Of a stretch of 64,000 nucleotides of DNA, positions 18,074 through 27,979 are shown piece by piece. The translations under genes and the position numbers were made by a program. Under the pieces are notes generated by a model that was not told where the DNA came from, searched no databases, and worked only from the letters and a program-made list of their open reading frames with translations. Origin of the DNA: Pseudomonadota bacterium (GTDB taxonomy: Bacteria; Myxococcota_A; UBA796; SXON01); the NCBI GenBank assembly GCA_030685065.1, contig JAUXQH010000133.1, forward strand, positions 2,786-66,785. The letters are read 5' to 3'. Each line of letters begins with the position of its first letter. The stretch's first letter is position 1.

Positions 18074-20199
18074 AGAAGCAGCCCGCCATCCGCTATCGCC
18101 AGCCCTCCCCCGGGGCGGCGCCCCGTCCCCGTCGGCTCAGCCCGGCGGAGGCGGACGCGAACATGCTCGCCGAGACCCGGCTGCGTGGGCGCGTGGCGTT
18201 CGGCGGGATCGCCTTCGCGCTGCTCGCGATCGCGCTCCGTTCGTCGTGGCTCATGGTGGTGCCCGACGCGCGGCTGGAGGAGCGCGGCCGGGACCAGTTC
18301 CAGTCCGCCGTCGAGATGCGCGGAAAGCGCGGCGCGCTGCTCGACCGCCACGATCGCATCCTCGCCTACACCGTGAGCCTGCCCGCGCTCTACGCCAACC
18401 CGGCCAAGCTCTCGAAGGAGCAGGCCGCCGAGCGTATCGTGGCGATCTCGGCCGCCACGGGCCGCACCGAGGCGTGGATCGCGGGGCGCTTCGTCGCTAC
18501 GAACGCGCAGGGGCGCACGCTGCAGGAGGTCCGCCTCGGCGGCGGGCTCGATCCCGCCACCGCGCGCGCCCTCGTCGCCGGGCTGCCGCGGGACGTGATG
18601 TGGCTCGAGGAAGAGCCGATGCGGATGTACCCGGGCAAGGACCTCGCGGCGCCGCTCATCGGCTACACCGACGCGAAGGACGACGGCGCGGCGGGCCTCG
18701 AGAAGGTGCTGCAGGCCGAGCTCGCGGGGGACACCTACCGCATCCTCCAGGAGCGGGACCGCAAGGGCCGGACGATCGAGGCCGGCGTGGACGAGGCGCG
18801 GCTGCGCCGCGGGGGCCGATCGGTGCGCCTCACCGTGGATGCCGCGATTCAGCGCGCGACGGAGCACGCCCTCGACGAGGCGATGCTGCTCTCGCGGCCG
18901 GAGACGGCGATGGCCGTGGTGATGGACGTCGAGACCGGGGCCGTGCTCGCGCTCGCCACGCGCCCCGCGGGAAACCCGAACGACGGGGGCTCGCGGGCGC
19001 GCCAGGAGGACTTCAAGAACCGCCCCGCGATGGACCAGATCGAGCCCGGCTCGGTCATGAAGCCCTTCATCGCGTCCGCCGCCCTCGAAGAGGGGCTGGT
19101 CACCGCGTCCACCATCATCGACTGCGAGCTCGGCGCCTGGTCGATCGGCGGCCGGACGATCCACGACGACCATCCGAAGGGCACCATCTCCGTCAGCGAC
19201 GTCATCAAGTACTCGTCCAACATCGGCTCGGCGAAGCTCGGCTTCATGCTGGGGCCGGTCAAGGTGTTCGACTACCTGAAGGCCTTTGGTTTCGGCCGGT
19301 CCACGACGCTCGGCCTGCCCGGCGAGGTGTCGGGCCAGATGCGGACCGCGGCGAACGTGCGCACGATCGAGCTCGCCACCACGTCGTTCGGGCAGGGCAT
19401 CACCGCCTCGCCGGTGCAGCTGGCCGCGGCGGTGGCGACGATCGCGAACGGCGGAGTCCGCATGACGCCGATGTTGGTCGACGCGGTCCTCGACGGGAAC
19501 GGCGCGGTGGAAACGCAGCGGGAGCCCCGCACCGACCGCCGGGTGTTGTCCGAGGACACCGCGCGCACGATCACCGCGATGATGGAGTCCGTCATCGACG
19601 AAGGCGGCACCGGCACGCGCGCGCGTGTCGACGGCTACCGGGTCGCCGGGAAGACGGGCACCGCGCAGAAGGTCGAGAACGGCGTCTACAGCTCGACCAA
19701 GCGCATCGGCTCCTTCGTCGGGTTTCTGCCCGCGGATCGCCCCGAGGTCGCGATCGTGGTCGTCATCGACACGCCGACCGTCGGCTCCAAGTACGGCGGC
19801 ATCGTCGCCGGCCCGGCCTTCGCGAGCATCGCTGGCTTCACGATGCGGTACCTCGGCGTCCAGCCCGATCCGCCGCAGCCGAAGGTGGTCGTGACCCTCG
19901 GCCCCGACGGCGAGCCCCTCCCGCCCGTGATCCTGCCGGCCCTGCCCCCCGTCGATCCGGAGGATGCCCTCCTCGTGCGCGCGGCCGCCACCGAGGTGCC
20001 GCTCGAGCTCGTGGGGGACGGTCAGGGCCGTTGGATCCTGCCCGATCTGCACGGTCGCACGCTGCGCGACGCGCTCACCGGCCTCGGCCCCGCCGGCCTC
20101 GATCTCCAGGTGGCCGGCTACGGCCGCGTCACTGAGCAGGCCCCGGCGCCCGGTACGGCCGTCTCTCCGGGCGAGCCCGTTCGCATCCGGTTGAACTAG
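18070..20199 (+). CDS. ftsI: Penicillin-binding protein 3 with C-terminal PASTA domain
   Basis: RGALLDR, EPGSVMKP (SxxK), YSSNIG (SxN), KTGTAQK; PASTA-like LPDLHGRTLRDA. Confidence 0.95.
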   Translation: MKKQPAIRYRQPSPGAAPRPRRLSPAEADANMLAETRLRGRVAFGGIAFALLAIALRSSWLMVVPDARLEERGRDQFQSAVEMRGKRGALLDRHDRILAYTVSLPALYANPAKLSKEQAAERIVAISAATGRTEAWIAGRFVATNAQGRTLQEVRLGGGLDPATARALVAGLPRDVMWLEEEPMRMYPGKDLAAPLIGYTDAKDDGAAGLEKVLQAELAGDTYRILQERDRKGRTIEAGVDEARLRRGGRSVRLTVDAAIQRATEHALDEAMLLSRPETAMAVVMDVETGAVLALATRPAGNPNDGGSRARQEDFKNRPAMDQIEPGSVMKPFIASAALEEGLVTASTIIDCELGAWSIGGRTIHDDHPKGTISVSDVIKYSSNIGSAKLGFMLGPVKVFDYLKAFGFGRSTTLGLPGEVSGQMRTAANVRTIELATTSFGQGITASPVQLAAAVATIANGGVRMTPMLVDAVLDGNGAVETQREPRTDRRVLSEDTARTITAMMESVIDEGGTGTRARVDGYRVAGKTGTAQKVENGVYSSTKRIGSFVGFLPADRPEVAIVVVIDTPTVGSKYGGIVAGPAFASIAGFTMRYLGVQPDPPQPKVVVTLGPDGEPLPPVILPALPPVDPEDALLVRAAATEVPLELVGDGQGRWILPDLHGRTLRDALTGLGPAGLDLQVAGYGRVTEQAPAPGTAVSPGEPVRIRLN

Positions 20200-20510
20200 C
20201 CCTCCCAAGTCCGTCTCCCGACTGGGACTTCGCCTCTTCTTTCCCATCTCCACTTTCGTCTTCAAGACAGGACCACGCAAAAATGCGGGGTCGGGTGCAC
20301 CCTCCCCGGGTGTTCCTCCGGCCTCGTCGCGCACGCTCTCTCCACATGGGGTGAGACCTCTCCCCAACCGGGCCGCCCCCTCCCTCGCCGCCCGGCACCC
20401 CTCTTCGCGCGCGACAACCACCCCGCAGCCGTGCTCTCTCCCTCTCCGTGCTGACTGCCGGTCCTGTCTTGGAGACGCCCCCCCTCACGCCCGCCACTTC
20501 CCCCTCCCCC

Positions 20511-21980
20511 ATGCTCCTCTCCTCCCTGCTCGATCGGACCGTCGTGCTCTCCGTCTCGGGGCGCGTCGATCGGCCCGTGGGCAGGGTGTCGGACCTCGAC
20601 ACCGACGTGGGCCCCGGCGACGTGTTCGTCGCCATCAAGGGGAGCCGCTTCGACGGGCACGATCGCGTCCCGCGGATGGGCCATGCGGCGGCGGTCGTCG
20701 TGGATCAGGACCGCACGGTGCCGCCCGGACCCACCGTCATCCGCGTGGCGGACACCCGCGTCGCGCTCGCTCCGCTCTGTGCGGCCCGGCTCGGTGACCC
20801 CGGCGCGTCCATGCGCGTGGTCGCCGTCACCGGCACGAACGGGAAGACCAGCACGACCTTCCTCCTCGCGGCGATGGCGCGCGCGGCAGGCCTCCGCACC
20901 GGCATCATCGGCACGACCGGGCACTACATCGACGACGAGAAGGTGCCCGCCAGCCACACGACCCCGGGGGCGCCCGCGCTCCAGGCCCTGCTCGCGCGGA
21001 TGCGCGACGCGGGATGCGAGGTCGTGGCGGTCGAGGCCTCGAGCATCGGGCTCGCGGCCCATCGCATCGACGCGATCCCGTTCCGCGCGGCCATCTTCAC
21101 GAACCTCACGCGCGATCACCTCGACTGGCACGGCACGATGGAGGCCTACGCCAGCGCGAAGGCGCGCCTGTTCCACGAGCTCCTCGCGGGCACCGCCGTC
21201 CTCAACGCGGCGGACCCGGCGGCGGCGGCGATGGCGCCGGCCTCCCGCAGAACCTGGTGGTTCAACAACGGGGATCTGCGCGCGGAAAACGTCGTGAGCA
21301 CCCCGGGCGGAACCCACGCCCGATGGGTGACCCCGATGGGCACCTTCGAGGGTGCCATGCGCCTGGTCGGCGCCCACAACGTCGACAACGCCCTCGGGGC
21401 GCTCGGGGGGGCCTTGGCCGCCGGCGTTCCGCTCGAGGCCTGCCAGGCCGGACTCGCCGCTCTCCCGTTCATCCCGGGGCGGCTCCAGGCGGTCCCGAAC
21501 GACCTTGGTTTCCAGGTGCTCGTGGACTACGCCCACACCGATGATGCCCTCGTCCGCGTGCTCGCCGCGCTCCGTGCCCTCTCCCCGCGTCGTATCCTCA
21601 CCGTGTTCGGCTGTGGCGGTGACCGTGATCGCGGCAAGCGCCCGTTGATGGGCAAGGCCGCGGCCGACGGCAGCGACCTGGTGTTCGTCACCTCCGACAA
21701 TCCGCGCTCGGAGGATCCGCTCTCGATCATCGCCGCGATCCTCGCCGGGATCGGCGCCCGGCCCCATGTCGTCGAGCCCGACCGCCGGAGGGCGATCGCG
21801 GCGGCGCTCGCCGAGGCGCGCCCCGGTGACGTCGTGTTGCTCGCGGGGAAGGGCCACGAGGCCACCCAGGAGACCGCCGCGAGCGCGGCTCCTTTCGACG
21901 ACGCCGCGGTCGCGGCCGACCTGCTTCGCACCCTCGCGCCCGGCTCCGGGTTCTCCAGAAACGAGGCTCCCGGATGTTGA
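20511..21980 (+). CDS. murE: MurE ligase (meso-DAP type)
   Basis: VTGTNGKTS, FTNLTRDHLDWH, DYAHT, FGCGGDRD, SDNPR and AGKGHE motifs. Confidence 0.95.
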   Translation: MLLSSLLDRTVVLSVSGRVDRPVGRVSDLDTDVGPGDVFVAIKGSRFDGHDRVPRMGHAAAVVVDQDRTVPPGPTVIRVADTRVALAPLCAARLGDPGASMRVVAVTGTNGKTSTTFLLAAMARAAGLRTGIIGTTGHYIDDEKVPASHTTPGAPALQALLARMRDAGCEVVAVEASSIGLAAHRIDAIPFRAAIFTNLTRDHLDWHGTMEAYASAKARLFHELLAGTAVLNAADPAAAAMAPASRRTWWFNNGDLRAENVVSTPGGTHARWVTPMGTFEGAMRLVGAHNVDNALGALGGALAAGVPLEACQAGLAALPFIPGRLQAVPNDLGFQVLVDYAHTDDALVRVLAALRALSPRRILTVFGCGGDRDRGKRPLMGKAAADGSDLVFVTSDNPRSEDPLSIIAAILAGIGARPHVVEPDRRRAIAAALAEARPGDVVLLAGKGHEATQETAASAAPFDDAAVAADLLRTLAPGSGFSRNEAPGC

Positions 21981-23077
21981 CCTTCCTGCTCCAGTCTCTC
22001 GACGGCCCGATGAACGTGTTCCGGTACGTGACGTTCCGATCCGCGTCGGCGTTCGTGACCGCGCTCGTCGTCTGCTACGCCGCGTATCCGCCGTTCATCG
22101 AGTGGCTCCGCACCAAGCGGATGGAGCAGATCATCCGCACGGACGGTCCGCAGGAGCACATCGAGAACAAGGTCGGCACCCCGACGATGGGCGGCGTGGT
22201 CATGCTCGCCGGCATCGCCGTGGCCGCGCTCCTCTGGGGCCGGGTCGACGAGCCGCGGTTGTGGATGGTGCTGATCGTGACCCTTGGGTACGGCGCCATC
22301 GGCTTCTACGACGACTGGAAGAAGGTGATGGAGCGCAGCGCCGACGGCCTGGCCGGCCGGTGGAAGCTGTTCTGGCAGACCGCCATCGGGCTCGCCGTGT
22401 TCGGGTGCGCCTACGTCACCGGGATCATGGACGCCCAGCTCCACCTCCCGTTCTTCAAGCACGCGATCATCGACTTCGCCGAGCTCTGGCCGGGCGCTCC
22501 CGACGCGCTAGGCTGGATCTACGTGCTCATCGGCGTGTTCGTGCTCGTGGGCGCCTCGAACGCCGTGAACCTCACGGACGGCCTCGACGGCCTCGCCATC
22601 GGCTCGACCATCACCAGCGCCGGCACGTTTGCCGTGCTCGCCTACGTGGCCGGGCACGCCGAGTTCTCCGCCTACCTCGGCATCCCGCAGATCGTGGGCG
22701 CCGGCGAGCTCTCCGTGTACTCGCTCGCGATCGTGGGCGCCGGGCTCGGCTTTCTCTGGTTCAACTGCTACCCCGCGCAGATCTTCATGGGCGACGTGGG
22801 CTCGCTCGCGCTCGGCGGCGCGCTCGGCGCCCTCGCGGTGATCACGAAGCACGAGATGCTCCTGGCGCTCGTCGGCGGCATCTTCGTGATGGAGACCCTC
22901 TCCGTCATCGCCCAGGTCTTCTGGTTCAAGCGCACGGGCAAGCGGCTCCTCAAGATGGCGCCGATCCACCACCACTTCGAGAAGATCGGGTGGAGCGAGC
23001 CGAAGATCATCGTGCGGTTCTGGATCATCTCGGCGTTGCTCGCGGTCGTGGCCCTCTCCACCCTCAAGCTGCGATGA
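21974..23077 (+). CDS. mraY: Phospho-MurNAc-pentapeptide transferase
   Basis: GTPTMGG, GFYDDW, NAVNLTDGLDGL, FMGDVGS and MAPIHHHFE motifs. Confidence 0.97.
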   Translation: MLTFLLQSLDGPMNVFRYVTFRSASAFVTALVVCYAAYPPFIEWLRTKRMEQIIRTDGPQEHIENKVGTPTMGGVVMLAGIAVAALLWGRVDEPRLWMVLIVTLGYGAIGFYDDWKKVMERSADGLAGRWKLFWQTAIGLAVFGCAYVTGIMDAQLHLPFFKHAIIDFAELWPGAPDALGWIYVLIGVFVLVGASNAVNLTDGLDGLAIGSTITSAGTFAVLAYVAGHAEFSAYLGIPQIVGAGELSVYSLAIVGAGLGFLWFNCYPAQIFMGDVGSLALGGALGALAVITKHEMLLALVGGIFVMETLSVIAQVFWFKRTGKRLLKMAPIHHHFEKIGWSEPKIIVRFWIISALLAVVALSTLKLR

Positions 23078-24441
23078 GCGGAGCGGAGACAGTGGGAGCG
23101 GCGGCAGTGGGAGCGGCCCCCGATCTGCGCGGCCTACGCGTGCTCGTCGTGGGGATGGCCCGCTCCGGCGTGGCCGCGGCCGAGGTCGCCGTGCGTCGCG
23201 GCGCGCGCGTGACCTGCACCGACCTGCGCGCGGACGCCCCGGTCGTCGTCGGCACCGAGCCGGTCTACGGCGCCCATCGCCGCGAGGACTTCGTCGGCGC
23301 CGATCTCATCGTCGTCTCTCCCGGCGTGCCGGCCCGCCAGCCCGATCTCGCGGCGGCCATCGCGGCGGGCGTCGAGGTCGTGGGCGAGCTCGCGTTCGCG
23401 GCCGCGTTCCTCACGGCGCCGATCCTCGCGGTGAGCGGCACCAACGGCAAGAGCACCACCACGCACCTGCTCGGCCAGCTCTGCGAGCGCGCCGGCCTCC
23501 GCACGTTCACGGGCGGGAACCTCGGCCAGCCGCTCTCCCTCGCGGTCGGCCAGGACCTCGAGATGTGCGTGGTCGAGGTGTCCAGCTACCAGCTGGAGCT
23601 CCCCGGCGGCGGCGCGCGGATCCCCGGGTTTCGACCGCGCGCGGCCGCGATCCTGAACCTCACGCCCGATCACCTCGAGCGCCACGGCACGATGGAGGCC
23701 TACGGCGCCGCGAAGTGCCGTCTGTTCGCGAAGATGGGGCCGGCCGACTTCGCGCTCGTGCCGGTCGACGACGCCCGCCTCATCCGCCTCTCCGCCCAGC
23801 TTCCAGGACGTCGGCTCTGGCTCGGCGGCACCCCCGGCGTCATCGTCCAGCCGGACCTCCTCGTGCTCGACGGTGTCCACGATCCGGGGCCGCTCTCCCT
23901 CGCCGGCTTCGATCTCGCCGGCGCCCACCACCGGGAAAACGTCGCTTGCGCAGCCTTGCTCGCCGTCTGCGGCGGCCTCTGGCGCCACGACTTGCGGCTG
24001 GCGGGCCTCACGGGCCTGCCCCACCGCATGGAGCGCGTGGCCGTGCGGCGCGGCGTCACCTGGATCGACGATTCGAAGGCCACGAATGTCGAGGCGGCCC
24101 TCGCGGCGGTACGCGGCATCGGGCCTGGAGCGTGGGTGCTCCTCGGCGGTCGCGGCAAGGAAGGCGCCGCCTACGAGGCGCTCGCCGAGCCGCTCCGACG
24201 GGCGCGTGGCGTGGTGTGCTTCGGGGAGGCCGGCCCCGGCATCGCCACCGTGCTCGAGGCCTCCGGCCTCACGCCGCGACGCGCCGCCGATCTGGACTCC
24301 GCCGTCGCGCTGCTCGACCAGGCCGCCCGTGACGGCGACACGGTCCTCCTCTCGCCCGCCTGCGCGTCGTTCGACGCGTTCACCGACTTCGAGCACCGCG
24401 GGCGGCACTTCCGCGACCTGGTGCGGGGGCTGCCCACATGA
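23074..24441 (+). CDS. murD: MurD ligase
   Basis: GMARSG, VSPGVP, SGTNGKSTT, EVSSYQL, DDSKATN and LSPACASFD motifs. Confidence 0.96.
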   Translation: MSGAETVGAAAVGAAPDLRGLRVLVVGMARSGVAAAEVAVRRGARVTCTDLRADAPVVVGTEPVYGAHRREDFVGADLIVVSPGVPARQPDLAAAIAAGVEVVGELAFAAAFLTAPILAVSGTNGKSTTTHLLGQLCERAGLRTFTGGNLGQPLSLAVGQDLEMCVVEVSSYQLELPGGGARIPGFRPRAAAILNLTPDHLERHGTMEAYGAAKCRLFAKMGPADFALVPVDDARLIRLSAQLPGRRLWLGGTPGVIVQPDLLVLDGVHDPGPLSLAGFDLAGAHHRENVACAALLAVCGGLWRHDLRLAGLTGLPHRMERVAVRRGVTWIDDSKATNVEAALAAVRGIGPGAWVLLGGRGKEGAAYEALAEPLRRARGVVCFGEAGPGIATVLEASGLTPRRAADLDSAVALLDQAARDGDTVLLSPACASFDAFTDFEHRGRHFRDLVRGLPT

Positions 24442-25613
24442 AGCGTCGCTACGACCACTCGCTGCTGTTTCTCACGCTCACGCTCGTGTCTTTCGGGCTG
24501 GCGATGGTGTATTCGGCGAGCGCGTTCATCGCCGCCGAGCAGAATCACAACGCGATGCACCACGTGACCCGCCAGGGGTTCGCGGCGCTGCTCGGCTTCG
24601 TCTTCATGGCCGTTCTCGCGCGGCTCCCCTACAAGGAGCTGCGGGCGTGGGCGCCTACGCTCTACTTCGTCACCACCGTCTCGTTGTTGCTCGTGTGGGT
24701 ACCGGGGATCGGGCACTCGGCAAACGGATCCGCGCGCTGGTTCGGCCTGGCCGGCATCCACTTCCAGCCCGCCGAGTTCCTCAAGGTGGTCCTCCTCGTC
24801 TGCGTCGCGACCTGGCTCCATCGCAACCGCACGGACATCCACAACCCGAGGCGGCTCGCGGGCCTGGCCGGCCTGATGGCGGTCCCGCTCGGCCTCGTCG
24901 CGCTCCAGCCGGACTTCGGGTCGACCGCGATCATCACGGTCCTGGCCGGGCTCATGTTCTTCTTCGCAGGGCTGCGCTGGGCGTGGATTGCGGTCGGCAG
25001 CTCCGCCATGGTGGGCGGCCTCGGCCTGCTCATGGTGGCCGAGCCCTATCGCATCAAGCGGTTGATGAGCTTCATGGACCCCTTCGCCGACTGTGGGGGA
25101 GACGGCTACCAGGTTTGCCAGTCCCTGCTGGCCCTGCACCACGGGGGCCTCTTCGGGCAGGGGCCGGGCGAGAGCTCCGCCAAGCTCCTGTACCTCCCGG
25201 AGCCCTACAACGACTTCATCGCGGCGGTGCTCGGGGAGGAGCTCGGGCTCGTCGGGGTCGTGGCGCTGCTCCTCCTCTACGGGTTCTTCGCGGCCCGTGG
25301 CTTCTCCATCGCCCGACGCGCCGCCGATCCGTTCGGTGCGCTCCTCGCCAGCACCTTCACGGCGATGATCGTGGCGCAGGCGTGCCTCAACCTCGGCGTC
25401 GTCACGAGCCTCGTGCCGCCGAAGGGGCTGGTGCTCCCGTTCATCAGCTACGGCGCCAGCGCGATGATGGTGAACCTCGCCGCGGTCGGCGTGCTCCTGT
25501 CGGTGTCCGCGGAGGCCCGGCAGGCGGATGCCGTGCCCGCGCCGAAGGGTGCCCCGGAGACGACGCCGCGCCTGGGCGCGCACCCGTCCCCGCTCTCCGC
25601 TCGGGGCGCCTGA
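24438..25613 (+). CDS. ftsW: SEDS peptidoglycan polymerase FtsW
   Basis: MVYSAS, NGSARW, FQPAEFLK, QPDFGS, LPEPYNDFI and LPFISYG motifs. Confidence 0.95.
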   Translation: MKRRYDHSLLFLTLTLVSFGLAMVYSASAFIAAEQNHNAMHHVTRQGFAALLGFVFMAVLARLPYKELRAWAPTLYFVTTVSLLLVWVPGIGHSANGSARWFGLAGIHFQPAEFLKVVLLVCVATWLHRNRTDIHNPRRLAGLAGLMAVPLGLVALQPDFGSTAIITVLAGLMFFFAGLRWAWIAVGSSAMVGGLGLLMVAEPYRIKRLMSFMDPFADCGGDGYQVCQSLLALHHGGLFGQGPGESSAKLLYLPEPYNDFIAAVLGEELGLVGVVALLLLYGFFAARGFSIARRAADPFGALLASTFTAMIVAQACLNLGVVTSLVPPKGLVLPFISYGASAMMVNLAAVGVLLSVSAEARQADAVPAPKGAPETTPRLGAHPSPLSARGA

Positions 25614-27001
25614 TGTTTCGCGGCAAGTTCGGCAAGGTGCACTTCATCGGGATCGGCGGCAGCGGCATGTCCGGCATCGCGGAGGTGCTCGCGAACATGG
25701 GCTTCTCGGTGAGCGGCTCCGACATGAAGGAGAGCGCCGTGGTGGCGCGGCTGCGCGGCCTCGGGGCGCGGGTGTTCATCGGGCACGACCCCCAGAACGT
25801 CGCGGGCGTGGATGTCGTGGTGCGATCCACCGCGGTCTCCGACGGAAATCCGGAGGTCGTGGCGGCCAACCAGGCCAAGATCCCGGTCATCCCCCGCGCG
25901 GAGATGCTCGCCGAGCTCATGCGCATGAAGTACGGGCTGGCCGTGGCCGGCACGCATGGCAAGACGACGACCACGTCGATGCTCGCGACCTGCCTGCATC
26001 GCTCGGGCCTCGATCCCACCGTCGTCATCGGCGGGAGGCTCGACGCGCTCGGCAGCAACGCGCGGCTCGGGCGGGGCGACTACCTCGTGGCCGAGGCGGA
26101 CGAGTCGGATGGCTCGTTCCTCCTCCTCGATCCCACCGTCGCCGTCATCACGAACATCGATCCCGAGCACATGGAGCACTGGGGCAGCTTCGACGCCCTG
26201 GTCGACGGGTTCGTCTCCTTCGCCAACCGGGTGCCCTTCTACGGCTTCTCGGTCGTGTGCCTCGATCACCCCGTCGTTCAGCGCATCCTCCCGCGCCTCC
26301 GTCGCCGCACCCTGACCTACGGCTTCGGCGCCCAGGCCGAGGTTCGCGCCGATCGCGTGCGGCAGGTCGGCCGTAGCGTCGAGTTCCGCGTGTGGCGCCG
26401 CGACGAGGTCCTCGGGGACGTGCGCCTCGACGTGCCCGGCCGCCACAACGTGCTCAACGCGCTGGCGGCCACCACCGTAGCGCTCGAGCTCGACCTCCCG
26501 TTCACCCAGGTGCAGGAGGCCCTGCACGGCTTCGGCGGCGTCGACCGTCGCTTCTCGGAGCGCGCAAACGTGGGCGGCGTCCTGATCGTGGACGACTACG
26601 GCCACCACCCGGTCGAGATCCAGGCCACCCTGGCCGCGGCGTCCGAGGGCTTCGAAGGGCGGCGCATCGTCGCGGTTTTCCAGCCCCATCGCTACACCCG
26701 CGTTGCCGACCTCTGGGCCGACTTCTGCGCGTCGTTCAACGCCGCGGCGCACGTCGTCGTCTGTCCGGTCTACGCGGCGGGGGAGGCGCCCATCGAAGGC
26801 GTCGACGCCACGCGGATCGTCCGCGGGCTCGCCGACCACGGGCACCGCAGCGTGGTGAGCGTGCCCGACCTCGACGGCGCGGTCGAGCACCTCGCGGGCT
26901 TCGTGCGCGCGGGCGACATCGTGATCACGCTCGGCGCGGGCGACGTGAACCGCGTCTGCGCGGCGCTCGCCGATCGGTTGCGGGGACGTACCGAAGGATG
27001 A
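25613..27001 (+). CDS. murC: MurC ligase
   Basis: HFIGIGGSGMSGIA, AGTHGKTTTT, AEADESDGSF, DDYGHHP and FQPHRYTR motifs. Confidence 0.97.
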   Translation: MFRGKFGKVHFIGIGGSGMSGIAEVLANMGFSVSGSDMKESAVVARLRGLGARVFIGHDPQNVAGVDVVVRSTAVSDGNPEVVAANQAKIPVIPRAEMLAELMRMKYGLAVAGTHGKTTTTSMLATCLHRSGLDPTVVIGGRLDALGSNARLGRGDYLVAEADESDGSFLLLDPTVAVITNIDPEHMEHWGSFDALVDGFVSFANRVPFYGFSVVCLDHPVVQRILPRLRRRTLTYGFGAQAEVRADRVRQVGRSVEFRVWRRDEVLGDVRLDVPGRHNVLNALAATTVALELDLPFTQVQEALHGFGGVDRRFSERANVGGVLIVDDYGHHPVEIQATLAAASEGFEGRRIVAVFQPHRYTRVADLWADFCASFNAAAHVVVCPVYAAGEAPIEGVDATRIVRGLADHGHRSVVSVPDLDGAVEHLAGFVRAGDIVITLGAGDVNRVCAALADRLRGRTEG

Positions 27002-27828
27002 GCGCGACGGAGCCCGAGGAGGTGGGGATCGAGCGTCCCGCACGCCTGCTGGGCGGAGTCGGGGCGCGTGAGGAGGAGCCGATCGGCCGGCACCTCCCGC
27101 TCCGCACGGGCGGCGCCTTCGAGCTCTGGGTCGAGGTGGCGGACGAGGCCGAGCTGCTCGCGGTCGTCAAGGCGGCGCGGGCCGAGAAGCTCGCGTTGCG
27201 GCCCGTGCCACCGTTCTGCGACGCGATGCCCCCGGAGGGCGGCCTCACCGGCGTGGGGCTGCGGCTCGGCGCGGGCTTCGAGTTCATCCGCGACGCGAAG
27301 GAGGGCCTGTGGGTCGGCGCCGCGACGCCGCTGGCCCTGCTCGGACTCCGGACCGGCTTCGCCGCGTACGCCCGCGCGCCGGGCACGCTCGCCGACGCGT
27401 GGGAGGACGGCTGGATCGCGCCGGGCGTGCTCCGGGTACGGCGCTTCCGATCGCGGAGCATCGAGGAAGTGGAGGGAGCGCCCGGCTCGCCCGGGATGGC
27501 CCCCGATGCGAAGGCGCTCGTCGTGGCCGCGCTCCTGGCCCCCGGCGCCAAGGTGCGCCCGCCTCCCGCCGGTCGGGCGTTCCGGGACCACAAGCGCCGC
27601 AATCTGCCGGCGCTCCCGGAGCTGATGCGGAACCTGGGCCTCGGCGGGCTCCGCCTCGGCGGCGCGGTTCTCGCCGAAGAGGACCCCACCGTGCTCGTGA
27701 ACCGTGGCGACGCTTCGGCCCGCCAGCTCCGGCTCCTCCTCCAGGCCGCCCGCGAGCGGGTGCACACCGCCACGGGCCTCGAGTTCGAGGATCGCATCGC
27801 GCCGCCCGGGCGGGGCGGGAAGCTGTAG
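26998..27828 (+). CDS. Highly diverged MurB-like protein
   Basis: MurB scaffold recognisable (EEPIGRH..LRTGGA, LRLGGA, LVNRGDAS..L..L....RERV....GLEF) at the murB position, but the FAD-binding and catalytic motifs are replaced. Confidence 0.7.
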   Translation: MSATEPEEVGIERPARLLGGVGAREEEPIGRHLPLRTGGAFELWVEVADEAELLAVVKAARAEKLALRPVPPFCDAMPPEGGLTGVGLRLGAGFEFIRDAKEGLWVGAATPLALLGLRTGFAAYARAPGTLADAWEDGWIAPGVLRVRRFRSRSIEEVEGAPGSPGMAPDAKALVVAALLAPGAKVRPPPAGRAFRDHKRRNLPALPELMRNLGLGGLRLGGAVLAEEDPTVLVNRGDASARQLRLLLQAARERVHTATGLEFEDRIAPPGRGGKL

Positions 27829-27979
27829 CCTCGGGGCCGATCGGGCGACCGATTCGAGAGAGATTCGCCGTAGAGTTCCGGGCCGTTGGACGGGAGTCTC
27901 TCGTATTCAGATCTTTCACTTCTTGGCTTGTCAATGGGCTCGAGCTCCGGTACAACGGTCGGTACCCTCTGGGATCTGC

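Noticed and set aside
21766-27001. Extended MurD (891 aa) and MurC (1042 aa) ORFs
   Set aside because: Extensions are alternative frames over mraY, murD and ftsW; real starts lie at stop/start overlaps 23074 and 25613.
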